This document shows positions 24,014 through 36,700 of a DNA stretch of 64,000 bases, one piece after another. A program made the translations under genes and the position numbers. Location of the stretch: the NCBI GenBank assembly GCA_002633005.1, contig NMRA01000417.1:76158-140157 (forward strand), written 5' to 3'. The notes below the pieces were generated by a model. It had not been told where the DNA came from and did no database searches. It was given only the letters and a program-made list of their open reading frames with translations. The DNA is from Phoronis australis. Lineage: Eukaryota; Animalia; Phoronida. Positions within the stretch are counted from its first letter, which is position 1, and every line of letters starts with the position of its first letter.

Positions 24014-24514
24014 CAGGGCTTGGAATGACCAATGACAAAAAACGCGGAAACTTTTACGGCCCAAATCATGCCCGATAACCAGCCTTGAATTGGTCAATGT
24101 GAACCTTTCCCGACAAAAATCGGGAGGACTAAAAGAAAAAAAAACGTTACCGCCATCAGTAGCATGCGTCAGCGTCCTTTTAGCTCGCCCGTCCACTCAA
24201 AACCCACACATTTTTGGCTGCAGAGCGGTAGTATTTGTCGCCGCGCTTAACAATAACACAAGACGCCATTGAAAATCCCACCACGCTGTCCCAGATGCCC
24301 CGGCAATGTTGACAATTTACGTTCCTCCGAAACCTAAAGAGCAACTTCCGCTTTTCGAGGTGAACGTCGTCTGCAACGCCGCGGTAAGAAAGGAATTTGC
24401 CGCGCAAATTTTATATCAAATCCGATTTTTTTACGTGGAAATATCATAAAAAAAGCGGAAAGCACATTTGAAAAAAGCGGAAATCCACGTTTCCGCGGAA
24501 AATTCTAAGCCCTG
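24014..24514. mobile_element. hAT-like MITE with 6-bp TSD in the SLC37A 3' UTR
   Basis: TIRs CAGGGCTTGGAAT / ATTCTAAGCCCTG; TGAAAT duplicated on both flanks; subterminal GCGGAAA repeats. Confidence 0.8.
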
Positions 24515-24646
24515 TGAAATGGAAGTATACTGCTTATCAAAAGGAATTTGTTGCACACTTCATGTTCAGGCAAAACTATCACAGCTCTGTTTTGTTCAAG
24601 CGATCCTCTTCTCTCAAGACTACCAGCAGTGCAGATGACAACGGTG

Positions 24647-24709
24647 TCATGGTTGTGGTCGTTTATTGACCCAAGATCGAATTTCCTTTACAACCTGCCG
24701 AGTCAGTAG
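24647..24709 (-). CDS. SLC37A2: SLC37A exon 18 (stop)
   Basis: tttatttcag|CTA...TGA; LLTRQVVKEIRSWVNKRPQP*. Confidence 0.88.
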   Translation of the reverse strand, partial: LLTRQVVKEIRSWVNKRPQP

Positions 24710-27700
24710 CTGAAATAAAGGGCAAGAAACGTTGGTGTTAACATCACCATGATGATTAAAATGTTGTTAAAGAATAAATATGTTTGTTTCAGGGTTATTT
24801 GTCTTTCATTTCTGTATTATTCTCTTTTCATCAAAATCTACAAGTAAAATCAAATTAATTGCTCATGACTGTCAGTAGTGATCGCCAATACTATAGTGAC
24901 TACAGCATTCACCCAAGTAAGAGCCCAGGGCGCTTAGAAAAATTCGCTCCTGGAGGTAAGGCACTAATTGTACCCGGCTAAGGCAGTTGAAACCCGGTCT
25001 CCGAAACGGGTGAAATCGGAAACTAGGATTCATCAAATTTACGCTCTGCGACGTATCTGTAACCCATGACAGATTTTCCACAAAATTGTGATGCATTGCT
25101 ATCAAACTTTGTTGTTAAATTATCCTTTTTCAGAAAATTGTGCGGAAATTCAAGGGCGAAAACTCGTTGACTTATGCATCACTGATTACCGATAGTCGAT
25201 AAAGCAACTTGAATGCTTGAATAAAAATACAGTTTCGAATCAAAAAATTGCCTGAAATCCTCCTTAAGTTTTTCAAATAGTGTCCCTAAGATATTTAAGT
25301 TCCTGTGGAGTCAGGATTAACAGCAGATTAAGTCCAAATCTGCACTAGATCGCACCACGCAATACAAGAAAAATCTGGACAAACACACAAGTCATGTTGT
25401 CACGTGACGTGTGTTTTGAAGTTAGTCTGCAGGTGTGTGCCGAGTGAGTGAGAGCGTGCATGTCATCAGAGCTCATTTGCCAGTGTAGCATACATGAATG
25501 TAGTGCACACTTCCTAGGCACGTGCTTTTAACACTAGTCAAGTTTTATTAGTCTTTGATTTGCGGTTTTCACAATGTACACAGAAATCTGGATTCCTGTT
25601 GAGGTAGATCTGTACGGGAAAGATACAATACAATCCCTTTGACAAGTACGCTGCATCTGTTCTGAAAGGCCTGACGATGGTGGGACACATTCCTCACAAG
25701 ATCAGCAAAACTTCTGCGTTTTTTTTTTGAAGCACTGCGGAAGTTTGAAGTGTATAATCACGGCTAAATACAGACATAGTCGAGGCTCATGGTCTAGAAG
25801 TTTAGCGCACAATGTTCTTTTCAGGACTGTCAGATATTATTGGTAAATTGAAGACATTACAGAGAGAACTGTTGGTAAAGCATTTTTTGCATGTCTACAC
25901 GTTCATGGGGTGGGCGCTTATTAGGGTGAATACGGTATTACATAATTATTAAGTTAACAAAACAACACTGAGACACAAGAAAAAATCATTTTTAGAAATA
26001 ATCTTTGGGGAAAGTTATGTAAATGGACAATCCATTACTCTGCACGTAAAATAAGATTACACAATCACTGCAAACATTTTCAAACCCTTCCTCAATTTAC
26101 ATCCAGTTTATCACTTTGGATCAATCATGGCAAAGATTACAAACCAGCATGGCTGCCACAGTAGCAGCAATCAGCATCCAGAAGACATCTTTCCATGACG
26201 AAGAGTCTGAAATGATACCAGTGAGTAGGGGCCCCAGAGCAGCACCTGTGGATGGAGTCAACACCAGTCACTGTATTAAGTACAACATGGATTGCTAAAG
26301 AATCAGTTGACAATATTTTCCCAGAATCAGTTAACAATATTTTCCCAGAATCAGTTAAGGCATCAAGTACTTTTTGTTAGGATAGAGCGCTGGAACCAGT
26401 ACATACCCTATCCTATCAACAGTTGTTTTTCTGTCTGCATCAACGGACTTTAAGCAACTGCATAATTTCCAAATAATCCTACTGTGCCAGACTGCATTAG
26501 GCACATTCATTTGTAGGTGACGCTGTGCTATTATCTAAATATCAGGACCTTAAAGCGACTACAAACCTACCTCCAATTACAAAAGAACAACTTTCCACTT
26601 AGACCTCCTACGATTACGAAATTGGTCTCAAAAACTAAACGTCAGTCAAGATGGAGATGATTTTAAGGCTTCCAAAGAACTTAAAGTTCGTTATTGCTTG
26701 AGACAAGACTCTACAGTGGCTTGTCCCAGCATTTCATTTATGCGCTGAGCATGGTCTCAAGGATTAATCAACTGCCAGTTCTCTAAAATCCTTTATCCGA
26801 GTAAGGAAAAATTGAGATCAATTTTACAGCAATGAGTCGTTTAAAATCAAAAGTTCGCTTCCTGCACAGAACACCTGTTTATAGACTCTTTAGCAGTCAA
26901 AGTATAAATAGGAAAACCTTGTGAGATCTTACAAATAACATTCAGATCTTTCATCAAACCAAATGAGGAGACTTTGTAGTTACAGATGAGGTAGAAGCAA
27001 AACCTTAAGGTAAAAATGCAGTTGTCACATACACCCATAATTCTACATAAGCCATGCTCTAGTTAACAGGAACCTACCAAATTACATGATGATATTGTGA
27101 GAAAGTATTGAACAAAGGCACAGACTAGCCCAGGTGAAAGCAATGTTCCGGGTGGCTAAAAACAGGAAACATCTCTTGTATGATCAGTTGGCTGTACCCA
27201 AAGGCACCAGATTAAAGCGTGGCAAATCATGGTTGGCAGCAGCGGAAACCACAGTAGAAAGAGTGTGTGAGCTGGATCTGGTTCGCAGAGGAGAAGAGTA
27301 TATGAATTAAGGTGGATGACAAAACAGATAGCAGATTCACCAGGGTTGTCATTACTATGGGCCAAGAGTGTCGTGACAGGGCGGCTTGTGTAGTTAACAG
27401 TGAAGTTCTTGAGCTGGTCTATGAAAATTGCAGTGAGGGAGATGCTGTGGTGTACACTGATGGATCAGTTAAAAAAGGAGAAACATCTGGATGGGGCTAT
27501 GTACTACTCAATGTGGATGGCAAAACAGTAGAGGAAAATGGTGAGGCATATGAGCTCACGACATCTAGTATAAAGATGGAGGAAGTTGCTGCTGAAAAGG
27601 CACTTGCATGGCTACAGGAAAGAACGCATACTTGTGCAGTAATTGTGACAGACTCTCAGAGCATGCTGAGAAAAAATCAAAAAAGGATATATGAAACCGG

Positions 27701-30700
27701 AGTGGCTGCTGAATTTACGAAACAGTGGACTGAGAAAGCTGACTTGGATATTCTCCCCTGGGCATGCCGGGGTCGCCGGAAATGAGAAAGCTGACAAGTT
27801 AACGGGAAATGCACCGATACAGGGCGCCCTTAGATTGGGAGAGAGCGAGATTCTAGGAGCGCTTAGAGAGGTGGAGCCACGGGAGAATGGAGATGCAATT
27901 GACAGAATGCAGATGTTTGGATATGAGAGAGGCTGTGGTGCTGATAGTCGGTTGCATGGCCGGGCAAGACGAATGTGCAATCAGCAATTGGTTGGAGTGG
28001 TTAGTCAAAGGACCTTGTCTGACTTGATGACGTGGAAAGCCGAGCACCTATGGGTCTGCCCCGAGTGTGACGACGCTGGTTCTGCACCCAAGTAATACCC
28101 AAGTAGTGAAAAAACTAACACTACCCCAAGAGACATAACAGTATTCAATTGAGATCAATTTTATAGCAGTGAGTGGTTTAAATCATAAGTTTGATTCCAG
28201 CACGGAATGTGGGTTAACCTCTTGAACATTCGGAAACCCTTACAAATACCATTCAGGTTCAATACATTGTCACTAGAAGTGGGACAGCGAGTACCACCAT
28301 GTCGATAATTGGGGCAGGGAAAGCCAATACGTCAATTAGTGGGGCAGTGAGTGGTATCATGTCAATAATTGGGGCAGCGAGTGCCATCATGTCGTTACTT
28401 TCCACATCAGTGTTTGACTGACTTATCAATTCTTGAACCTTAATCCTTCCTCTATGTTTACGCACTCACCAAAGGATCCTGTGCCATCTATAATGGCTGT
28501 GACGGTAGCTAGGGCTTTGGAGTTGCCCTGTAGTGATGGATGTGTACCCAGATTAGCAGACACAGCTGTGGTAATGAGGGCGTAAGGACCGTTCACAAAG
28601 GCACCAGTGACCAGGAGGAGAACTGCAACAGACAGGTGACTCACAAGAAAAAGATGGCAATGTTTAATATTAGGCTATTAAAAATTCTGAAGACCTCAAC
28701 TCAATAACAAAGACAGTTTGATCAGAATGTGCTTGGAAGACCACACTATTCTTGGAATACCAGCAGAGTTTTGTTTCATTGTTTTGTAGTTAATACAGAG
28801 ACCACTTTAAGGAATTAACCGGAGTATATCTAACCATTTTCAGTCAAGTAGCTTAAAGGAGAATGCCACCCGATTTAATTAGTCTTTTTTATCGTCTTAA
28901 TCGGTCTATATCCACATCAGCACGTCAGTGGTTCGTCTGCAGAGTGAATGCCGATATATTGCAGTGCATCTTTCCGCTTGTCCGAACTATGAAGCTGCGA
29001 AGAAAGCGAGTATATTGTTTTTTCGACTTCCTCAAGAGCCCGAAATGCTTAGGAAGTGGCTCGCAGTAGCGAAGAATGATAGGTACGCTGTTAATAGCAA
29101 GTATGAGGCCATGAAACATCTCTGTGTCTGTGGCCGGCATTTCGTCGACAGTGATTTCTGTGACAAATTCCGGCTTACCTAGGAACTATCCATACGTTCC
29201 GTTGCCTGTGCATGTTCACGGCACCTCTCTAGTATTTCTTGATCATTGTATTCTGGTTCGAACTGAAAGCCCATGAAACCTCAAGATCCGACCCGTGAAG
29301 TCTTCGTCGGATGAGCTCTTGACTAAGTTAGGATTGGTGCCAGGCGGCTTTGCCATGTAGATGTTTATTATTCTGCGTTCTGTTTCAAAATAAATTATTC
29401 TCATTCTAACCAATCCTTATATGAAACTGAAATAAAGTCTGTCTCATTAGATACAATTTGTAATGCCTTGGAGTGCTCGTGAGTGCAAATGTTTTGAGAA
29501 GCCAGCAATAAAAAACCACTGCGTTACTGGCTTTTGATGCTGGCAACAAAGGTAATTGACTGGGCACCGAGGCCGTGTGAGCAGCATGCTAATTCAGTGC
29601 CTTTGCTGACAGAAAGCTGTTGTGAAACAATTACACATATTAGGGGAATCTTTATTTAGAAATACAAATACATTATTCAAATCATTGTTACTGACAGCCT
29701 GTGGAAGGGGAACCCGACTTCGCAACCCCAGACAAGTAGATCTGTATTCAGTTTCGTGGCTAATTCCCATAAATAATTACATGCACATTATTTCTTTGGC
29801 TCACTATTATAGTCTTTTCGTGACAGGAGGTTTAGTTTCCAACTCAAGCTAGTTTATGTTCGTGCCAGTCCCGGCGGCCGCGACGTGCCTTATCGAGTTC
29901 CGAGCCACTGGCCGGGATAACGAGTCAGTCCGGCCGTGACTCTGGGCCTAGTGATCGGATTCCTAGCCACTGACCGGGAGAACATTAAGCGTTTTGTGCG
30001 TTTAGAACTCAAAAATCACAAGTATGAACAAGACAGATTTATGTTCTTCAGTCTGTATTTCATGGAAGAATACTTCGAATTTATCTCTGAACAGACCCCA
30101 AACTCCTGCTACGGACCTTGGTAAATTGGCCTGCCAAACTTTGTAGGCTATGGTGTGTCCAAATACCAGTAAATACGTAACAGAGAGAAATAAAACAACA
30201 AGTTTTTATAAGAACTCGGTGTATTTTTAAGGGTTTTACATCGAAGTTTGATGATTTATTGGTGTTAAACGATGAATTCAAGCGATAAGCTGACACCACT
30301 AACCCGTGTTGTGAACTGCAGAACAAACTGCGTGTGAAACCAATTACGTCATTGGATAATTTCAACACCTCCGTCTGCTGTCAAGTGTCAGGTAACGCAA
30401 CCGAACGTGCCGTTATCGAGTAGACCTACTCGATCTAAATTGATACAAAATAGGTTGTTTTTTGGGTGGCATTCTCCTTCAAGACTTGTAGGCAACATCT
30501 TATCGGCCATTCAAATAATCCAAACGCCACCGGCAAAGAAGGCAATTAGTTTGATTCACTTCCGACAGACAGGATTGAATTTCCAAAACACTCTTGAGTG
30601 GCACAACACGTGATTTTCCCAACATAGCTAATTTCATTGATAGCCAACAGAATTGAATTTCCAAACAGATTCGACTGGTGATAGTTGTCTGTGAAACTGA

Positions 30701-33700
30701 ATCTTCAAGACACTGGTTGAAAAGCACTGGATCATCTAACTAAAATAGGATTGTATTTGCAAAATAGGACTGACTTCAAGTTTTCAACAGGATTAAATGA
30801 AATAGCATAAAATTTATAGAAACTGGATTTATTTGCTAAATAATTTTTGCCCTTTCCACTGCCAATAATATTGCAATTTGTTAGGATTATGAGTGCAATA
30901 TCTGCTATAATTATACCAATTTCCAGTTAAAATCCCAGACGCCCTATTCGATTGATCAACGTAATGTAAATAGAAAGTTTTGTCACACTCTATCTAGTAG
31001 AGTGCTGTCACAAGAATCCATGGATTTGCAAATTACTGTTAGGCTAAGTACACACTAGTCAGTCATTATACCACAGCGTGCCCAGCCAATACTTACCTAT
31101 GCAGTTTGTTAAATTAACACTGCCATAGCTTTCATAAATAAACATCTGAAAAAACAAAGGTATCCAAGTTTGATTAATTGAACAATTCATAACATAATTA
31201 ACTCTTTATGTGAAAGAAGCAGCCAAATCACAACCAGTTAAAGGTGTATCGAGCTCTGAGTTGTAAAATAGGCAAGTTAGCACTTCTTGTTTCCTATGGC
31301 CATTACACTGAGGTCAGATTGGTACTCGTGGCTTTCATTTTCTTCATTGTCAATGGTAAAAAAATCTTAATTCTTGATTTAAAATGTCACAAAATCAGTT
31401 ATAATCATGTCTCATTTTTTGTAAAAATAATCATTTTTGCTTTGAACATTAATTTCTAAAAGCCTAAACTGCAGGTGACTTCCGTGTTTGAACTAAATGT
31501 TCTTGTGGTCGATATGCAGAGAACTGTGTCACGGGTCATACTCTCAAACAAAAACAAGATATCAATGATCAGTCACAGACTTAAAAAAATGTCTTAAGTC
31601 TTTCATTTTTAACTGTTGATATTTCTGTTTTTGAAAAAAAAATCAAAAAAAAAAGCTGAGAAATGGCTCCATCAGCCATGGACCATAAAATGTGTGTGTA
31701 GAAATTCGTGCAAATTGATACATGCACTAAAAGACAATTCAATAAACTGAGTGCTAAAATCCATTGAAAATCAAAACGTAAACTATGAAAATGGCTGTCA
31801 GGATTTGCTGCATAATTGGAATCAATTCAGTCACTCCTAACAACATGCTAACTTGACAATCAAAATGCTGTCTAAAGAACTGCTATGAATAGCAATGAAA
31901 AATATAGGTGTAAGTTTAAACAATTCTGTAGATACTGAATTTGCTAGGAAATTTTCAGCGAAAATTGACAGATGCCTTTAATTAATGAACCACATCATTT
32001 TTATTTCAAGTTGGTTGTTTTTGACCCATCACAGAGCTCAATATAACTTGAACTTGTGAAACCAAAAGCCATGGTATCACTGATCATGGCCTTGACATAA
32101 TTGTTAACCCAGCATACCAATAGCATATTCAGTAATTTTTGAGTTTAACATGGTACACACAAAATATGCCACAATGAATGCTTTTTCGACCCATTTTCCA
32201 GAAAGCCCACATTGGCACTTAATCCATATGAGTACTTTGTTGGTATCATCACAGAAATTCATAAGAAAGTCAAGAAAGTGCTGTGTGAGACACAATGTGG
32301 TCATAGTCCATGACAAATACTCGTGCAAAATTCAACAAAGGCAAACTAAGACCCACATCCAGTTCTTGGGTTAATAAGTAATCACTTAACAACTTCTCTA
32401 TTATGACAATACAGGTGAAGGATCTTCTTCAACTACTCAACTACATGACTGCTACAGTCAGGGATTACATTCCATGATTTTTCATCAAAGGGTGCAGCAT
32501 GCCAATGCATATTGGTAGCCTTTGTAAGAACGTTACTCCTTCACAGTTCCTTACCATGGGCGCTGCTATTAGTAACATGGCCACACACGTGGTGGCACTG
32601 CCGCCGGTGTAGTCTGATATTGTTCCAGCCACTATACCACCTGTAAAATCAAAGGCGCAGTATCAAGCAACAAATAGCATGCATGCTGTCATCCAACTAG
32701 ACACACTCATTCTACTGTGCAGCTAACTTACCTAAAGTACTCTATGTAGAACTGTCACTTCAACACACCAGAGAAGCATTGTAAGACAAGTCTCAAGTAA
32801 AGGTAGTGTAATAAATTAAATGTGCTTTGCTAATAATGCAAGGTGGTATCACATGAAGACTTGCATGATCATGGTTTTAGGCGAGTGACTTCTGCCTACA
32901 GAACTCATCTCAGCTTGTGGCGATGATAGATTTAATGAGCATAACTTGTTAATTTGTTTGAACTTGATCACCAGGTTCAAACAGATAATTGTGGTTGTTG
33001 CACGAAGGAAGCAAGAGCAACAACAAACTGTGAAATAGTGCTGACCAGTAATACATCAATAACCAAGTCTGCAAGACATACGTGATATACCACCGACTAT
33101 ATTCAATTTGGCACTTTCATGTTTCGCAAAAACTCAAATTACTTTAAACTAACACGACTGCAATACAACACCACTGTTGAAGTTCTGTTGTGGACACAAC
33201 CACCAACGGTACTGGCACTTTCAGGAGTTTCACAATGACTCAGATCACTTAAATCAGACACGCTGTACGACAGTTGCGTGCATACCACATACCAAATACA
33301 TCACCAATGTTGAAGTTGTGTTGTGTGTATAGAGAAGCGGCAAGCCTCGAGATTTTGACAAAATTTCCAAGAGGTTTTGCCCATGTCATAAACCTGAGAC
33401 GAGTGTAGGATTTGCTTTCTCACATGAACCATAAAAACGATCTTTTTTGCCGAAAAACTCGACGTGTCTTAAACTCTCAACAACATGACGCAACTTTTGT
33501 AAAAACACGCTTGCGCATTGTAAACTCAGTTACTTTTTGTTAATAGTTTTATCCTAAACTTGACAATTGTAAATAATTTGCATGCAGCTTTCGTAGCAAT
33601 ATTCAAGTTAGAATCTAATAAAGTGCCTTTAAAGTTGTAACATTAAATTTTAACAAATGTAACGGTTATAAATAACAGTCAGCACGACTTCCGCGCGTGA

Positions 33701-36700
33701 GTATCGCAGTGACCTTGAGACAGCACAGCTACACAGTCTCACTGCATTTCTTGAGTTGGGGTTTGTCTCCGTTTGAATGAACTTGGATATAGAATTCGCT
33801 GCCGCAGATGGATCCGTTTAAGAAGTTATTTGCATGTTCTTCCGACTGGGAGTACGTACAGTTGCGACAACCGATTTGCCAATCATAGCCGTGTAACCTT
33901 CACGGAAATTCCGGCATTGTTTGGTTGGCTCGAGTTTGGTTGTTGGTATAGACCTAAGTGTTTTGCAGATAATAAAATGTAAGGTGTGTGGATTTCTACT
34001 TTGCACTGATTCGCCCATGTAATATCAAAAAAATTTCGTACTCGGTGTTATTAACCAGTCGTGTCGTAACACATTCCAGGTCATGTGAGAAATACTACAT
34101 ACCAAATATACCACCCACATCAAAAAATGTAGACAAGTCAGCAGCACTACCAGAAGACAGCTTCTTATCTGAAACAAACGAGTTTAATTATTATGGTGAA
34201 ACCTCACCAATTTCAGACAAAGATAATTGCAAAATGTGATTCAATTCCTTCAATTTTATTTTATCATTGCAAAATTAATGTTCATTTTTGATGGTACCTA
34301 CGGTACAGAACATAAAATTAAATAGCGTTTATTTGGTACTACTTAAGAGGCAGTCCATATAAAAACCAGTAGATTTTCAAAAATCAGTCTATACGTCAAA
34401 ATTTAAAACAACTTCATTTTTTGTACATGGGTAGGTATCCTANGTGATTTTGGGTATAGACTCTACCTGTTGGTTTTTATATGGAGTCACTCTTAATACC
34501 TCATGAAGAGAGAATTACAAAAGAAAAATTTCACTTGTCCGCCATAGTGTGTCCTGAAACGGCAAGTTAAACCACTGCCAAATATCAGCAGCATGCTTAC
34601 ACTTTACTACATGTTAAGTAAACAAAACAAAATAACACAACAAGCAATGAAAAAGATGCACAGCATCAACACAGACTCTTAAATTGCCAGAGAATTTAAC
34701 TCCAAACAGTTCATATTCAAGTAATATTCAAGAAATAGCGACCACCAAACTTCACGCGAGTCTTTCAAGATGCACTCAAAAACAATCTCGAGTTGCTATG
34801 GAAACCTTTGGCGTGACAAAACAAGATAAAAATTAAGAGCTTTATCGACCTCATGATCACTACAGTCCAGTCAATGAAGTTGAGGTTTTCCAGTAAAGGA
34901 GGTGTGAAAAAGATCATTATCTGTGACTGAAAAAGTGCAGGGCATAACATCAAATTTTATTTATTGATACTGGTTGCTATTTTATTAAATATACTCCCAC
35001 CGCATAAGGTATCAAACTGAGAATTTAAAGCTTCAAATAATAAAACTGCTTTATATTTTGAATACTTTTTTGAAATTTACCAAGCAGTCTTGGAGTTTTT
35101 GAGTATCTTCAAAGTGTTTGCACTCAGGAATCATTTGTGGTCAGCAGTAAGTTAAGGGACTGAGTAAAAGTTTAGTGGGTTTTGTTATGTACATGAAATG
35201 ACATCATATAACACCACCAGGCAGGGAAATTAGTGGAACCATATCGTTTGGAAATTTGGTGAATTAAGCCTTCAATGCAGAACACAAGTCGAAGAGGGCA
35301 CCTATTTAGAATTCAGATGTTTACCTAGAGTAGAAATTATTAGTAAATTACATAACTAACAGTCTAGGATTTTAAGATAACTTACTAGTATTCTTAATGT
35401 AGTTCGGCAACCAATAGAGGAATGTGTAGCTCACCAACTTTGCAAAGAACAAACACAATGAGAACTCTACGACACCCTGGAAAACAAAACAGTAAATTAG
35501 TAGGCATTTACAACTACTGCTTTTTCTACGATAATGTCCATCCATGGTCAACATAGATACTCTTCCAATTTGTTTTCATCAGTTTACAACACAAAATTAG
35601 TTTCATTTATAGACAGTTTACTAATATACAGTACACACCAAAAGTCATCAGACAAAATAACATTTACCCATCACGATAGGTAATTCTAGAATTCCAGTTG
35701 CATGACAGGGACCTCCACTCATGCTCAGCCTTCATGACAGGGAATTCCAGGTCATGTTGTATGATTATTCTTGGCTTCCACAACTATTACAAGTTAACCA
35801 AGTGTGTAACAAGGGAAGTTGAGTGCCATTCACATCAGTGACCACTTCATGGGAACAATACCAGAGATACAAAAATTTAACTAAGAATATTATTAACATT
35901 GATTTTTGTTTTTAATAAGAGCAATGAGGAGCACTGAAATGCGCCCACAAACGGTGTGTTTTTATCGGTGTTTATTTGTATCCACTAGATGGTGTAAATA
36001 CGTCGAATCCATCCAAAAAATGGCACCATGTCACCGTTTCTTTAATAAAAAGCTAGTAACCAAATTTCATAAAAACCAAAAGGAAGTTTGGAGAAACAGA
36101 GAAAAAAATGAAATTGCCACTAAGGGGCACAGCATTCGTCGGATCCATCTGAAAGTCGTCATCTGCTGTCAACTTCATATAAATACATTTTGCAAAATTT
36201 AATAAAGATCCTGCAGTGGGTTTAAGAGATACAGCTATGGAAGCAAAACAAACAAACCTGCCACTAGGAGGTGCCACAGTAGTCAGAGTTGTCGGAAAAT
36301 CATTTTCAACTGTTCTCTTCACAATAAAAACAATATATGACAATTTTTCACGATCATCCTTAGAGCGGTTTGGTTGATAGAGGGGAAGACTCAAAAAAAA
36401 CAGATTCAAAAACAGTAAAAATGGCCACTAAATGGTGCAGAATACATCAAATCCATCCGAAAACGGGTCTGTTGAGCTTCAGAGACACAAAGGAAAAGGG
36501 AAACAATGAAATTGCCACTAAGGTGCACAGCATTCGTCGGATCCGTCTAAAAGTTGTTGTCCGTTGTCACCTTCATACAATTACCTTGTTAAATTTAATA
36601 AACATTCTGCACTGGGCTTAGGAGATACAACAATGGATGCAAAAACAACTGCCACTAGGAGGCGCTGCAGTTGTTAAAAACGGAAAATCATCATCCTTTC

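Noticed and set aside
31242-31977. TTAA|AGG...CCT|TTAA bounded segment
   Set aside because: Inverted similarity extends only a few bases and could be chance.
33415-34092. Element with ttctcacatga(a)cc / ggtcatgtgagaa inverted ends abutting the exon 13 donor
   Set aside because: Only a short inverted match and no TSD identified, which is too weak to call.
34443-34443. Single ambiguous base N
   Set aside because: Assembly artefact inside a small MITE, with no biological inference possible.
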